Made by a program: the position numbers and the translations under genes
Part shown: one piece after another, positions 20,953-32,835 of the stretch
Layout of the letters: every line of letters begins with the position of its first letter
How positions within the stretch are numbered: the stretch's first letter is position 1
NCBI GenBank assembly: GCA_963829055.1
Contig: CAWHHI010000006.1
Coordinates: forward strand, 512,001-576,000
Length of the DNA: 64,000 nucleotides
Source: an uncultured Gemmatimonadaceae bacterium
GTDB lineage: Bacteria > Gemmatimonadota > Gemmatimonadetes > Gemmatimonadales > Gemmatimonadaceae
Direction: 5' to 3'
Notes under the pieces: model-generated
Seen by the model: only the letters and a program-made list of their open reading frames with translations
Databases searched by the model: none
What the model was told of the DNA's origin: nothing

Positions 20953-22574
20953 CGACGAACGCAACTGGTCGCCGGACGTCACCTCGCTGGCTCCAGTGGG
21001 TACTGTGGCTCGGCGCCCTCGTCGTCGTGACGGCCGCACTCAGAGTAGTGCGCGGTCAGATGGAGCAGGTCCACGTCACGCTCGTCTACCTGCTGCTCGT
21101 ACTCGGCGCGAGCGCCAGCGGCGGGCGATCGATCGGTCTCGTGGTCGCCACGTTCGCCATCGCCGCGATCGACTTCTTCTTCCAGTCTCCGTACGACACG
21201 ATTGTCGTGCACGAGAATCTCGACTGGCTCGTGCTCCTGACCTTCTATCTCACGGCGATCGTCGCCACGAGTCTGCTCGCGCGGGCCCGCATCGAGGCGG
21301 ACAGGGCGTACCGTGGCACGATCGAAGCACGCGAGCTCGCGCAACTCGGCGCCCAGACGATGCGTCATGGCTCGCCGTCCGAGGCGCTGCAGGCAATCGC
21401 CGCGCTGTTTCGCGAGCGCCTCGACGCCGGGCGATGCGTCATTCGCGGATGGAACGCGGGATCGGGCCTGAACGGCGTGGCTCTCGACGTCTCCCGATCC
21501 GACGCGCCATCGCTGATGATCGACGAAGCGCTACTCGCGCGAAGCGGCACGACCGCGATGGGTTGGACGATCGATGGATGGGGGACCGCGGTGACCTGCG
21601 ATCCGGACGAGCTGGCGTCGCTGCCCGACAACGCACTCTCCGAAACACGTGCGATCGTCCTACCGCTTCGCCTGGAGCAGCGCACGGTCGGCGTGCTCGT
21701 CATCGCCGACGCCGGGCCGCTCAGGCTCGGCGGAGCGGAGCGACGATTTCTCACCGCGCTCGCGTACTACGCCGCGGTAGCGCTCGAGTGGCAGCGCCTT
21801 TCCGCGTCGGCCGCTCGCGCCGCCGCGGCGGCCGAGGCGAGTCGGATGAAGGAGCTCGTGCTGGTGTCGGCGTCGCACGATCTCCGCACGCCGCTCACGA
21901 CGATCAAGGCGCTGGCGGAGGGAGGGACGCTGGACGGTTCGGCGACCGGTCGCGCGATCGTGGAGCAGGTGGACCGCCTAACGCGTCTGGTGAGCGATGT
22001 CCTCGAGCTCTCGCGCCTCGATGGCACCGACGCGCCGCTCGAGATCGCGGTCAATACCGCTGAAGACCTCGTGGGCGGTGTCGTACGTCAGACGGCGGGC
22101 GTGCTCGACGGTCGTCGCCTCGACGTGGAGCTGACGCTCGAGCCGGCAGCGCTCGCCGGCCGCTTCGACTACGTGAGCTCACTCCGGATCCTGACGAACC
22201 TCATCGAGAACGCGGTGCGCTACACGGCGGCAGGAGACTCCGTGCAACTCCGAGTCACTGGCGACGCAGACTGGCTGGCGTTCACGGTGAGCGACCGCGG
22301 TCCCGGTGTGCCGGCGGCTGAGCGCGAGGCGATCTTCGAGCCGTTCTATCGGGCACCGTCGGCGACGGTCGATGCCGGGCGCGTCGGCCTTGGTCTGGCC
22401 ATCGCGCGACGACTGGCTGCTGCTCAGGGTGGGACGCTGGTCTACCACGCTCGCGAAGGTGGGGGAAGCACGTTCACTCTTCGACTACCACGTACCGAGC
22501 TGGCGGAAACGAGTGACGAGAGCGTGGAGCGTTACGCAGCATTGTCATCCCGACATCAGCGAGATCCTGTGTGA
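20949..22574 (+). CDS. KdpD-like sensor histidine kinase (4-TM DUF4118, GAF, kinase; no N-terminal KdpD/Usp domains)
   Basis: DFFF.SPY transmembrane region, SHDLRTPLTTI H-box, N/G1/F/G2 boxes. Confidence 0.85.
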   Translation: MTTNATGRRTSPRWLQWVLWLGALVVVTAALRVVRGQMEQVHVTLVYLLLVLGASASGGRSIGLVVATFAIAAIDFFFQSPYDTIVVHENLDWLVLLTFYLTAIVATSLLARARIEADRAYRGTIEARELAQLGAQTMRHGSPSEALQAIAALFRERLDAGRCVIRGWNAGSGLNGVALDVSRSDAPSLMIDEALLARSGTTAMGWTIDGWGTAVTCDPDELASLPDNALSETRAIVLPLRLEQRTVGVLVIADAGPLRLGGAERRFLTALAYYAAVALEWQRLSASAARAAAAAEASRMKELVLVSASHDLRTPLTTIKALAEGGTLDGSATGRAIVEQVDRLTRLVSDVLELSRLDGTDAPLEIAVNTAEDLVGGVVRQTAGVLDGRRLDVELTLEPAALAGRFDYVSSLRILTNLIENAVRYTAAGDSVQLRVTGDADWLAFTVSDRGPGVPAAEREAIFEPFYRAPSATVDAGRVGLGLAIARRLAAAQGGTLVYHAREGGGSTFTLRLPRTELAETSDESVERYAALSSRHQRDPV

Positions 22575-22644
22575 AGTCATGTAGCCGGCCTGGCCACGAG
22601 TACTTCACAGAAGGTCCCTCGTCGTTTCACTCCTCGGGATGACA
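22543..22644. repeat. GTCAT REP-like element, type II
   Basis: TGTCATCCCG..GTGAAGTCAT..GCCACGAGTACTTCAC..CTCGGGATGACA. Confidence 0.8.
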
Positions 22645-22655
22645 CCAACTGCCGA

Positions 22656-23171
22656 TCAGCGCCGATACGTCGTGATCGCCGAGTCGTCGAACCCGCGGCG
22701 ACTCGTGCCACGCGGCACGTCGTGCGTACTCGCATGCTCGGCCACGAGGATTCGTGAGAAGCCCGTGGACTTCCAGCTCGCGATGACGAGATCCAGCTGT
22801 CGCGACTCGTAGGGTGGGTCGACGAAGGCAATGTCGTACGCGTCCGCCTCGAGCGCCGCCGCGAACTGCACGGCGTCGCGCTTGAAGATGCGGGTGCGGT
22901 CGCGCATGCGGAGGGCGGCGACGTTCGCCCGCAGGGCGTGGAGACTCGAGGGACGGAACTCCACGAAGTCCGCCTTCGAGGCGCCACGCGACAGCGCCTC
23001 GAGCCCGAGTGCGCCCGTACCGGCGAACAGGTCGAGGACGCGAGCGTTAGGCAGGTCGGCGGCGAGGCTGTCCAGCACCGCCGCGCGGATGTGCTCCGCC
23101 GTTGGCCTGACTCTGAAGTCGGCTGGGGACGTGAGGTCCCGGCCCGCGAACTTGCCCCCGACGATCCGCAG
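22656..23171 (-). CDS. rsmD: 16S rRNA m2G966 methyltransferase
   Basis: (L)RIVGGKFAGR, RPT, LDLFAGTGALGLEALSRGA, DPPY; probable CTG start. Confidence 0.88.
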   Translation of the reverse strand: MRIVGGKFAGRDLTSPADFRVRPTAEHIRAAVLDSLAADLPNARVLDLFAGTGALGLEALSRGASKADFVEFRPSSLHALRANVAALRMRDRTRIFKRDAVQFAAALEADAYDIAFVDPPYESRQLDLVIASWKSTGFSRILVAEHASTHDVPRGTSRRGFDDSAITTYRR

Positions 23172-23407
23172 CTTCGCACTCCCTCGGTCGATGATCTGTC
23201 GCGCGGGGTGCCTTCGGTGGCACGTTTCCCGGCGCGTAAGGGGAATCTACGAGGCATCTCCGGGGAGGGAGAGCGCCCCGCGGGCCCGCCGAACGACGAC
23301 GTCGTCGAGCGCCGCAGCGCAAGATGGAGCAGTGCGACGCAGTCGGTGCCGAACTGCGAGGCCTGGCGTATCTTGGCGCTTCCCCAACGCGCCTCGATCA
23401 TCACGCC

Positions 23408-24585
23408 ATGCCATCACCCGTGTTCCACGACCGCCCCGTTTTCCCCCGCGGCTTCCGCTGTGCCAGTCGCAACGTCGGCCTCAAGCCGACGGCGAAGGAC
23501 CTCGCCCTGTTCGCCAGCGACGTCGATGCCGCCGCCGCCGCCATCTTCACGCGCAACCACTTCCCGGGCGCCCCCGTCATCGTCGGTCGTGAGATCATTC
23601 GGAGCGGTCAGCTGCGCGGCATCGTGGTGAACAGCAAGGTGAGTAACGTCGCCACCGGGAAGACGGGCATCGAGAACGTGCGACGCATGGCCGCCGCCGC
23701 GGCCGCAGAGCTCGGGACACGTCGCCCGAGCGGGTGCTCGTCAGCTCCACCGGCGTGATCGGCGTTCCGCTCCCCATCGACATCATCGAGCGCGGAATCA
23801 AAGGCATCGGCGGCGATCTTCAGGACAATCCGCTCGTCGGCGCCGAAGGGATCATGACGACGGACCGCCATCCGAAGGCGCTGTCGACGAGCGTCGGCGA
23901 CGCGACGATCACGTGGGTCGCGAAGGGCTCGGGGATGATCGAGCCGAACATGGCCACGATGCTCGTCTACATCTTCACCGACGCTGCGTTCGACGCCATC
24001 ACGCTCGACCGCATGCTGCGGGCGGCGGCCGAGGTGTCGTTCAACATGCTGTCGGTGGATACGGACACGAGCACGTCGGACACGTGCGCCATTCTCGCGA
24101 ACGGACTCGCGGGCCGCGTCGACGAGACGGCGTTCGTCGAGGCGCTCATCGCCGGCTGCACGCGGATGACGGAAATCCTCGCGCGCGATGGCGAGGGCGC
24201 GATGCGCATGATCCGCGCGAACGTACGCGGTGCGCTCAACAACTACGAGGCGAAGCGCGTCGCGAAGTCGCTCGTGAACTCGCCGCTCGTGAAGACGATG
24301 GTCGCGGGCGCCGACCCTAACGTGGGGCGTCTGCTGATGGCGGTCGGCAAGTGCTTCGACTGCACGATCACGCCGGCGAACACGGACGCGTGGATCAACG
24401 GGCATCCGGTGGTCGTCGGTGGCCAGCGCCTCGACTTCGAGGACGCGCTGGTCCGCGCGACGCTGTCCGGCGACGTGGTCGACCTGGAGGTCTCGCTCGG
24501 TGTCGGGAACGGTGAGGCGCGCGCGTTCGGCTGCGACCTCACGGCGGGCTACGTCGAGGAGAACGCGGCGTACTACTCCAGCTGA
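23408..24585 (+). CDS. argJ: Ornithine acetyltransferase / N-acetylglutamate synthase (frameshift near 23720)
   Basis: PRGF, STGVIG, IMTTD, KGSGMIEPNMATML, DTSTSDT, DGEG, GCDLT. Confidence 0.93.
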
Positions 24586-24603
24586 TCCTCCAGTCGCGCG
24601 GCG

Positions 24604-25053
24604 CTAGGCGACGTTAGGCATCGTCTCGCGGACGCTGCTCGCCCAGGCGCGTACACGGGCGATGTGGCCGGCGGCGTCCGATGTCTCGTCAGGCGGTGTG
24701 GCGGCGTCCACCACCGTCATCGGCCAGACGCGCGGCCAGCCTTCGGGTGGTTCAGCGCCGCGTTCCCTCACGCGGATGCCGCCCGTGAAATGCGCCCGCG
24801 CACGCTCCAGAAAATTCGCCGGCGTCGAGATGCCGTCCAGCGATTCGGCGACGATGATCTGCCACATGCGAATGGCGTCGCGCGAGTATCCGCGCGGGTG
24901 CTGGAGCGAGTAGACGGCGACCGTCAGGTGATGCACAGCGCCGAACGCTTCCGGCAACGCATACTCGTGGGCGAGCAGCTGGTCGAACATCCCGCGGCAC
25001 GTCTCGCCCTCGGCGACGGGCGCCCCACAATCAGCGCAGATCATTCGACTCAC
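24604..25053 (-). CDS. DUF5946-like hypothetical protein
   Basis: CADCGA, HHLTVAVYSLQHP, VRAWA. Confidence 0.6.
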   Translation of the reverse strand: MSRMICADCGAPVAEGETCRGMFDQLLAHEYALPEAFGAVHHLTVAVYSLQHPRGYSRDAIRMWQIIVAESLDGISTPANFLERARAHFTGGIRVRERGAEPPEGWPRVWPMTVVDAATPPDETSDAAGHIARVRAWASSVRETMPNVA

Positions 25054-25822
25054 ATACGCAGCAGCAGACTGCAGCACGTGACCCCACCCTCGGCTTTCGC
25101 CAGCTCGCCAGCCGGCACGGGGCGCACGTCGAATCCCGCCGCCGTGAGCCGCGCCGCCGTGCGCACGTGCTCCGCCGGATAGATGATCGAGTCCGCGACG
25201 CGCAGCGCGTTTGCCGCGAATGGCTCCGCGGGATCGATCTCGATGATGCGCATCGAGCTGAAGCGCCCGGCGTCTACCCAGGCGGGATTGATCAGCACCG
25301 TATCGTCGGCGATGGTGGACACCGCCGACTTGAGGTGAAGGCAGCCCTGGAATGCCATTGCCTCCGCTGTGTATCCCTGCGACCCGACGATCGACCGCAG
25401 CTGCTTCACGCCCGCCTCGTTGCTGCGATAGCCGACGCCGACGAGCAGCTCTCGTCCCATTCTCAGAATGTCTCCGCCGTCGAGCGTACCCGGCGCGAGA
25501 ATGGCGGCAACGGGACGATAGCCGCGCAGCGCCTCCGCAACGCCGGCCGTTTCTGCTCGCCGAGATTCAGCGCCGGGCCGCGTGATGACGGCGAGCTCGT
25601 CGAGCACGAGGGCGGCATCCTCGATGAAGACCGAGTCCGCCAACTCCGGTCCGGCGGGCAGGCGCTGCACCTCGCACCCGAGATCGCGGAGCGTAGCCTC
25701 GTATGCCTCGTGCTCCGACCGCGCACGTGCGAGGTCGATGGTCGTTCGTTCCAGGTGCGTGAGCTCGCAGTGCTCGATGGCCGGCGAGATGTCACGCGTG
25801 AGCGCCAGAAGGCGGGGTGCAT
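25050..25822 (-). CDS. Dimethylarginine dimethylaminohydrolase
   Basis: CELTHLER, DSVFIED, LDGGD, LHLKS, GGVTCCS. Confidence 0.9.
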
Positions 25823-25873
25823 GTTCGCGTCATTCTGGGAAGCGTGCACCCTCGCCAGCTCGGACGCTAGGGA

Positions 25874-27255
25874 CTACTTGACGGTCGCCTTCTCCAGCTT
25901 CGTCGTCGGCCCGTCGCGCGTCGTCAGATACACCACGCCGCCCGCCCCAAAGCCTGTGATCGTCCGGCCCACTGGAATCTGTACGCGCTCGACCAGCTCG
26001 CCTTTGCGATTGATGACGTCGTACACCGGTCCGCCCGCGATCGCCTTCGTCGGGATCGTGCGGACCCACACGTTGCCCTCGGTGTCCGCGCGAACGAAGC
26101 CGTTCAGGAACACCGGCTTGTAATCCGGCAGCTCACTCGGCGCCACGAACGTCGGTGCTGGCGCCGTCATGTTGAATCCGCCTGCCGGACCGGCTCCGTC
26201 ACGACGCGGAGCGCCATCGCCGCCCGGAGGACCGCCGAACACCATGACGCGCATGCCTTCCACCGGGGGGTTCGCCGCCGGCGGAGCACCCGCTGCATTG
26301 CCGGCTGCGGGAGCGCCGCCACCGCCCGGCGTCACCGGACGCGGCGCGTTCGCGCCCATGCGCTCACGCGCCGCCTTCACCGAGTCGATGAACGCGACCT
26401 TGTCCTCGTCCGTCAGCCGCTGCCACTCGAACGGAATCTTCGGCGCCGACGCTCGCGACCCGTCGGCGTTGATCCAGTCGATGTGATAGTCGCGCCCGCG
26501 CACGATCGCGACGGAGCCGTCCGACAGCGCCGCCCACTCGTCCACGACCGGCAGCGGGTTGATCTCCGAGGTCATCATCACGCGACCGTTGTCGGCCTGG
26601 TCACGTTCATCTTGACCTTCTGGGTCTTGATGAAGGCGAGCGTGTCGACCTTCCGCGTGGCGAGGTCGATGCGGAAGATGCCCGCGGAGTCGGGAATCTC
26701 GGGCATGCGCGGGGCGCCGCCCGCCGCGCCGGGCCCTCCGAATGCTCGCATGTCGAGACGCGGCGACGAGCGGTAGACGAGCCGACCCTGCGGATCCACT
26801 ACCGCGACGCCTAACACGCCAGCGAACGACATGGCGTCCTGCGAGCTGGGCACCGACATCACGCGACTCACCTTGCCCGCGGGGTCGAGCACGAGCATCG
26901 ACAGCGACTGCGGATCGACGAACAGCGTCGAATCGCCCTTGTAGGCGACGAGTCCGGCAAAGCGTCCACCGTAGGCGTTGGCCGTAGCGCTCGTGCTGTC
27001 CGCGACGACGGTGAAGTTCTCGAGCTTCGCGTCGAACAGCATCACGCGCCGGCCAGAACGGGTCGTTCACGAGCACTCGGCCATCGGAGAGCGGGCGGAT
27101 GTTCGAGACGGTGCCAAGCTTCTCCTTCGCCGTGGCCGTCACGGCGCCGAGCTGCCGGATGGGCGGAAGCTCCGGCCCTTTGGCCTGTGCGCCGCGCGAC
27201 GCTCGACTCCGAGCAGCAGGAACGACAACGACTTCACGTGGCTCTCGAGTCTCAT
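25874..27255 (-). CDS. Secreted beta-propeller-like hypothetical protein (frameshifted)
   Basis: LSDGRVLVND, GDSTLFVD, DGSVAIVRG..IDW, YDVINRKGELV; directly downstream of the TonB-dependent gene. Confidence 0.65.
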
Positions 27256-27319
27256 TGCAATTACCGCAGAGGGTGAAAAGAAGCACCAGTAGCGCGACGA
27301 CGCGCTGCCTGACGAAATC

Positions 27320-27367
27320 GTGTCATTCCGAGCGAAGGCCTCGAAGGGCCGCAGTCGAGGAATGACA
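27320..27367. repeat. Internally deleted GTCAT REP-like element
   Basis: GTGTCATTCCGAGC..AGTCGAGGAATGACA. Confidence 0.7.
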
Positions 27368-27368
27368 C

Positions 27369-30300
27369 CTTGACGAACGATCACCTGCGCGCCACCGCCG
27401 CCAGCACCGATGAACACGTTGCCGCCCCCGCCGACGGGCGCGCCGCCGCCCGGGAACATCCCGCCCACGAACGTTGCCGTCCCCGATCGAATCGACGCCA
27501 GGTAGCGCGGCTCCAGGTAGCTCGCCACGAACGGCGGCAGCTTCCGCCGTTGCTCCGGCGTGAGCAGTCCTTTGACCTGCGGCCCGATCTTCGTCAGCAG
27601 ATCGATCGTCGCATGACGCGCGTTCATGTACCGGTCGTAGGCCGTGCCTTCATCATAGCGATCGGGCAGCGTGCCGAGGTACTTGGCGACCGGCGCCCAG
27701 ATCGAATCGTTGCGGATGCGTGTACCAGCGGTTGAGCGCCGCGATGCTGTCGGCCTGCTTCGCCGTGAGGTGCAGGCTGTCCTGCTGGCGGAGAATCGTC
27801 GCGAGCGGATTCTGCAGGCCACCGCCACTGACCGTAGATCGACGCGAAGCATTGGCTCCGGCAGCTTCTGGCCCGGCAGCGTGCGACCGCGATTGAGCTG
27901 CTGCGTGAGCGACTGCCGCTCGCGCGTCGGACCGACGTCGAAGCGGAGCAGAGCGGTCAGCGTCACCGGCGCGCGGAACGCGCTGAACTGCGGGTTCGTC
28001 GCGCCGAAGCGCTGGTTGACTTCGTACCTGTAGCGCTGCGTCGCCGGGTCGAAGCCGCGCACGTACAGCAGCGACGGATCCGGCGTCGCGGACTGGCCCC
28101 AGCCCTTCAGGTTGTTGTCGTCGTGCACGAGCATGTCCGCGGCGCCGAGCGGATTCGAGAGCTGGAACTGAATCGACGCCCGCTGCGGCATCCGGATCTT
28201 CGCCGGGTTGAACGAGATCGACAGGCTCGCGTTCGATGTCCACGGGCCCTGACAGCTGTTCCGCTTCGCGAGCTGACCGAGCTGCTTCGCGAGACAGTCG
28301 CGCGCCGCGCTCGAGCCCGTTGGTGAGCAGCTGCTGCATCGCGCTCGTGACGGCCGGGTCGGCGCTGCGTCAGCTTCGGGATCGAAGATGAACGCGCGGT
28401 CGTTCGAGTAGCCGTCGCCGTTCACGTCGCCCGAGATGACAGGCGTGAACGGCTGGCCGGAGCGGAACTGCCCGAACCAGCTCACGCGCACCGCGTCCCA
28501 GAAGTTGTAGCCGATGCTGTACACGATCTGGTGGCGCGAGTCGAACGAGGCGCGCCCCCACTCGACGTCGAGCGGATTGCCGACCGTGCTCGTGAACCCG
28601 CGGACGCGCTCGCGCACGTTGGAGTACACGTACGACGCGCTCCACGTGAGACGCGTGCTGTACTGCCCCGGCGACAGACGGAACGAGAGCTGCCGGCTCT
28701 CCGAGCGAAGGTCCGAGCGCTGCTCGGTGACGCGAGAGAAGAGCGGCGACACGCGCCCATCGCGCGAGCGCGATCGACGCCCGTCGTCGGCACGATGCTC
28801 GTTCGGCTGCACGAACACCGGCCGGTCGGCCTCGTTGCCTAGCGCGAATCGCTGCGACGGGATTGAAGTTCAGGTCGACGAAGCTGCCCTGGTTCAGGTT
28901 GAGCGAGTACGTCCCGTCCACGTTGAGCGAGAACAGGTTGTTCAGGATCGGGCCGTCCCACTGCAGGTTCGAGCGCAGGCTCCGCGGCGCGACGTAGTTG
29001 TTCGCGAACAGCGACACGTTAGGCGCCGCGTCCGAGAACACGCGTGCCCGTCGTGCCGTCGGCGCAGCGGTCGGGAATGGCGCTGCCGTCCGACTGGTAG
29101 GCAGCTCCAGTCGGCGATCGGCGTGGCCAGCACCCGTACACGTCAGCTGCTGAATGCCGCTCGGCAACCCGGTGTTGTCGAGCGCACCGCCGATCTGGTT
29201 CACACCCGGCGTATTCTGGAACAGGCCAATGCCACCGCGCACGACGGCACGCGGGCCGCGGGCCGCGCCCTGGAATCCGGCGATCGCCGCAGCCTGACCG
29301 TAGCTCCACGAGAAGCCGACGCGCGGGCTCAGGTACACCGCGTTGGGCACGTGATCGTTGCTGACGCCGAACACCGTCTCGACCTGCGGATTGACGTCAG
29401 GCTGCATCGAGAAACCGGTTGGCGTCCAGGCGCAGGCCGTACTGCAGCTGGAAGCTGCTGCTCTTCCGCCACGAGTCGCCGAGCGACAGGCCCGCCACGA
29501 GCTGGCCGACATCGCGCTCGCGCCGCGTGAGCTGCCGCGTGAACTGCGCCGGACGCCCGGCCGCGAGATCGGCGAGCGAGTTGAACGTGAACGTGCCGAG
29601 CAGGTTCGAGGTCTGGTCCTGCGACAGTCCGTCGTAGCGCAGCTCGCTCGTGAGCTTGAGGCGGTGCTTGTTGTTCGTGCTGAACCACGAGAGCTGGTTC
29701 GTGCTTGTGCGCCCCTCGTCGTCGACGTGCTGTTCAGCGTCTGACTGCCGCCGAACGACAGCATCTGCACGCTGCTCGTGCCGTCGTCGAACACGGAGTT
29801 GACGCGCACGCGACCACCAGGCAGCGACAGGTACGGGTCGGCATAGTTGCGCGACCAGCTCACGCCTAACGACGTCTCGCTGAGGATGCCCACGCCGAAG
29901 TAGGTCGTGTGACGTCCCTGCAGACCGCCGCGCCAGCTCGTGCGCTCGCCGTCACTCGCCGGCACCGACGTGACGGCGCCGAAGACGGGGCGCTGCTTGT
30001 TCCACCCGCCGTTGAACGAGAGGTTGTACGCGCTCCCGCGGGTCGAGGCCGGCGGCGCGAAGTCGACGCTCCCGAACACCGTGCCCTGGTCGCTCAACTT
30101 GTTGCTGGCGACGGCGGCCGACGGACGACGGCACCGACTGGTCTCCCGAGGATCCCGAGGAATCGAGTCACGGAATCCGACGACACACCAGCGGCCTTGC
30201 AGTCCGATCGGATCGGTGTCGAGCAGGTTCTGGTAGTCGTTCGCGCGACGCCCGAGCTGCCACGACATGTTGTAGAACGTCTTGTCGAACGAGATCGGCC

Positions 30301-31150
30301 CCGACAACGCCCCGCCCAGCGACGCGTTCGTGTACTCCTGTCCGAGCGCGCGCGCGACCGGGTCGGTCCACTGCGTCTTCGGCGTGTCGAGATTCAGGCT
30401 CATGCCGCGCGTGATGAAGTTCGAGCCGGGCCGCGTGCGCAACGAGAACTGCGCGCCGCTGAAGCCGCCGCGCGAGACGTCGTAGGGCGTCGTCACGAGC
30501 GAGCTCGAGACCGCGGCGTCCCGGGTAAGCCCGAACCCGCCGAAGTTCATCCCGTTGAGCGTGGTGTTGTTCTGGTCCGCGCCAAGGCCAAGTACAGAGA
30601 AGCCATTGGGATCGCCGTCGGCGCCGGGCACCGTCTGCACGCCGGGCAGCGTCGCGGCCATCGCCGCGAGGTCGCCCATGAGATTCGCCGGAACGTCGGC
30701 CGTGGGGATCGGCCGCTCGGTACCGCTGATGTCGGGTGCGGGGTCGGTCCGCGCCACCTTGTCGCGCGGAGCCCTGATGTCCATCTGGCCGAGCACGGCG
30801 TCGACCTTCGTCAGCTTGGCGTCGGCGACGAGGATCTCCTCATCGGCCATCCGCTTGACCTCGAAGCGTTTGGCTGCGTAGCCGATCGCCGCGAACGCCA
30901 CCATGTAGTCGCCGTCGCCGGCGGGGAACGTCACGGTGAAGCGGCCGTCGCGATTCGTTCGTGCGGTCCGGCTGACGTTGCCGGAGAAGGACGTCACGGT
31001 CACGAGTACTTCGGGGACTGGCAGGCTGTCCGGCCCGATCACGCGACCGCGGATGACGTCGGCTTGCTGCGCAAATGCGCGATGGGGCGCGAAGCGAGAT
31101 GCCCGCGAGCAATACGGCCGCGAGCAGTATCAGAAGACGAAGGTCACGGA
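27369..31150 (-). CDS. TonB-dependent receptor-like protein with carboxypeptidase-regulatory N-domain (multiple frameshifts)
   Basis: IRGRV..TNRDGRF..IGY, plug-like NNTTLNG..YDVSRGGFSG, SPRVGFSW, GDVNGDGYSNDR; ends approximate. Confidence 0.75.
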
Positions 31151-31467
31151 AATCCCTTCGACCTTCGGAGGAGGGAAGTGGCTGGATGCCGCGTTGCGCG
31201 GGTCAGCGGGAGGTTGGACTCCCGCGGGCGCGAATGGGTTTACTACAGGCGTCAGTTTGCCGGCCGAATGGCGACTCAGCGCACCGCGCGCTCGCAGTCA
31301 TCGAGAGCGTCACCAGCATCTGGTGCGTCTACGTACACGTCCCCCATCTTGGTGGCTACCTCGCCAGCCAATGTCCAACCGTGCATACAACACTACTGCC
31401 GCGTCCAGGATCCTGCATGCCGTGGCATGCCATGCTGGATCCCGAAGCGCGTACCATACACACCACA

Positions 31468-32506
31468 ATGATCCGACGTCACCTGCGTCACCTAACGACC
31501 CTCGCGCTGTCGCTCTCGTTCGCCGTCGTCGTAAGCCCGGCCGCGGGCGCGCAGCTTCCGCGTGTTGGCATCATCGACTTCTACGGACTGCACAAGACCA
31601 CCCCGGCGCAGATCCGCGAGGCGCTCGGCATCGCCGTCGGGGACTCGATCACGGCGCTCGGGCTGTTCCAGGTGCCCGCCCGGCTCGCCGATATCCCGGG
31701 AGTCGCGTCGGCCGCGATCGACCCCGTCTGCTGTGAAGATGGTAAGACGATGCTGTACGTCGGCATCGCCGAAGAAGGAGCGCCGACGCTCGAGCTCCGC
31801 GCAGCCCCTACCGGCGCAAGCCGCCTGACGCCGGACGTGATGCAGGCCGGAGACGCGCTCGCCGATGCGCAGATGCGCGCCGCGAGGCGTGGCTTCGTGA
31901 AGGAGGACTGTCTCAGAGGGCCACTCGCTCATGGCCGATTCGGCCGCCCGCACGATCCAGCTGAGCTTCATACCCTTGGCGGAGAAGCATCTCGACACCC
32001 TGCGCAAAGTCCTGCGCACGTCGAGCGACGCCGACCACAGGGCGTTCGCGGCCGAGGTGCTGGCGTATGCGCCTAACAAGCAGAGCGTCGTCCCCGACCT
32101 GGTCTACGCGATGCGCGATCGCTCGGCTGACGTCCGCAACAACGCGACGCGCGCGCTCGCGCTGATCGCGATGTACGGCCAGCAGCACCCGGAGGCCAAG
32201 ATCACGGTCCCGTTCGAGCCGTTCATCGACCTGCTGAACTCCCTGGCGTGGACGGACAGGAACAAGGCGTCGCTGGCGCTCATGGCAGTGACGGAGAGCC
32301 GCAACCCGGCGCTCCTCGCGGCGCTCAAGACGCGCGCGTTCGACTCCCTCGTCGACATCGCGCAGTGGACGAACCCGGGGCACGCGATGGCCGGCGATCT
32401 ACATGCTCGGTCGCATCGCGGGCATCGCCGATCCGGAGATCTACGCGATGTTCGAGCGAGGAGAACGCGACAAGATCATCGAGGCGCGCACGCGAAGGCC
32501 AAGTAG
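31468..32506 (+). CDS. Secreted HEAT-repeat protein with POTRA-like N-terminus (frameshifted)
   Basis: IDFYGL..IREALG; DVRNNATRAL and TDRNKASLAL repeats. Confidence 0.6.
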
Positions 32507-32609
32507 CCGACATGCGGCAGCTGGCTGCACTCGGCTGTCGCAGTATTTCCGACGGTGGCCGCTTGACCTTGCGCCGACTGACAGCTGCGCCTTCGTACGC
32601 TGGCCGTGC

Positions 32610-32817
32610 GCTGCGACGCTGCTGCTATTAGCCCGAGGAGCCGTCGTCAGTCCCGAGCGTCAGCGAGTCGGATCGCGATCGTCCCGGTAGAGACGCCTGT
32701 ACCGCGGCGACTGGCGACTCGGCTCTCGGCTCGGCAGTCATGCCGGCGGATCGGGACTGAACCGTGCTCGACTGAGTGACTGGCCCACTTGGTACTGGCC
32801 ATGCCGCCGCCGGATGC
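32610..32817 (-). repeat. ATCCGGCGGC-family flank element, copy 1
   Basis: Reverse complement of 32780-32817 matches 35936-35973 at 33/38; CGCTGCTGCTATTAGC shared with 56442. Confidence 0.7.
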
Positions 32818-32835
32818 CCAGCCTCTCCCTGGCTC

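Noticed and set aside
29909..31471. Long antisense and alternative-frame ORFs (e.g. 520 aa here, 398 aa at 50267)
   Set aside because: Arg/Ala-rich shadows of real genes, expected at high GC
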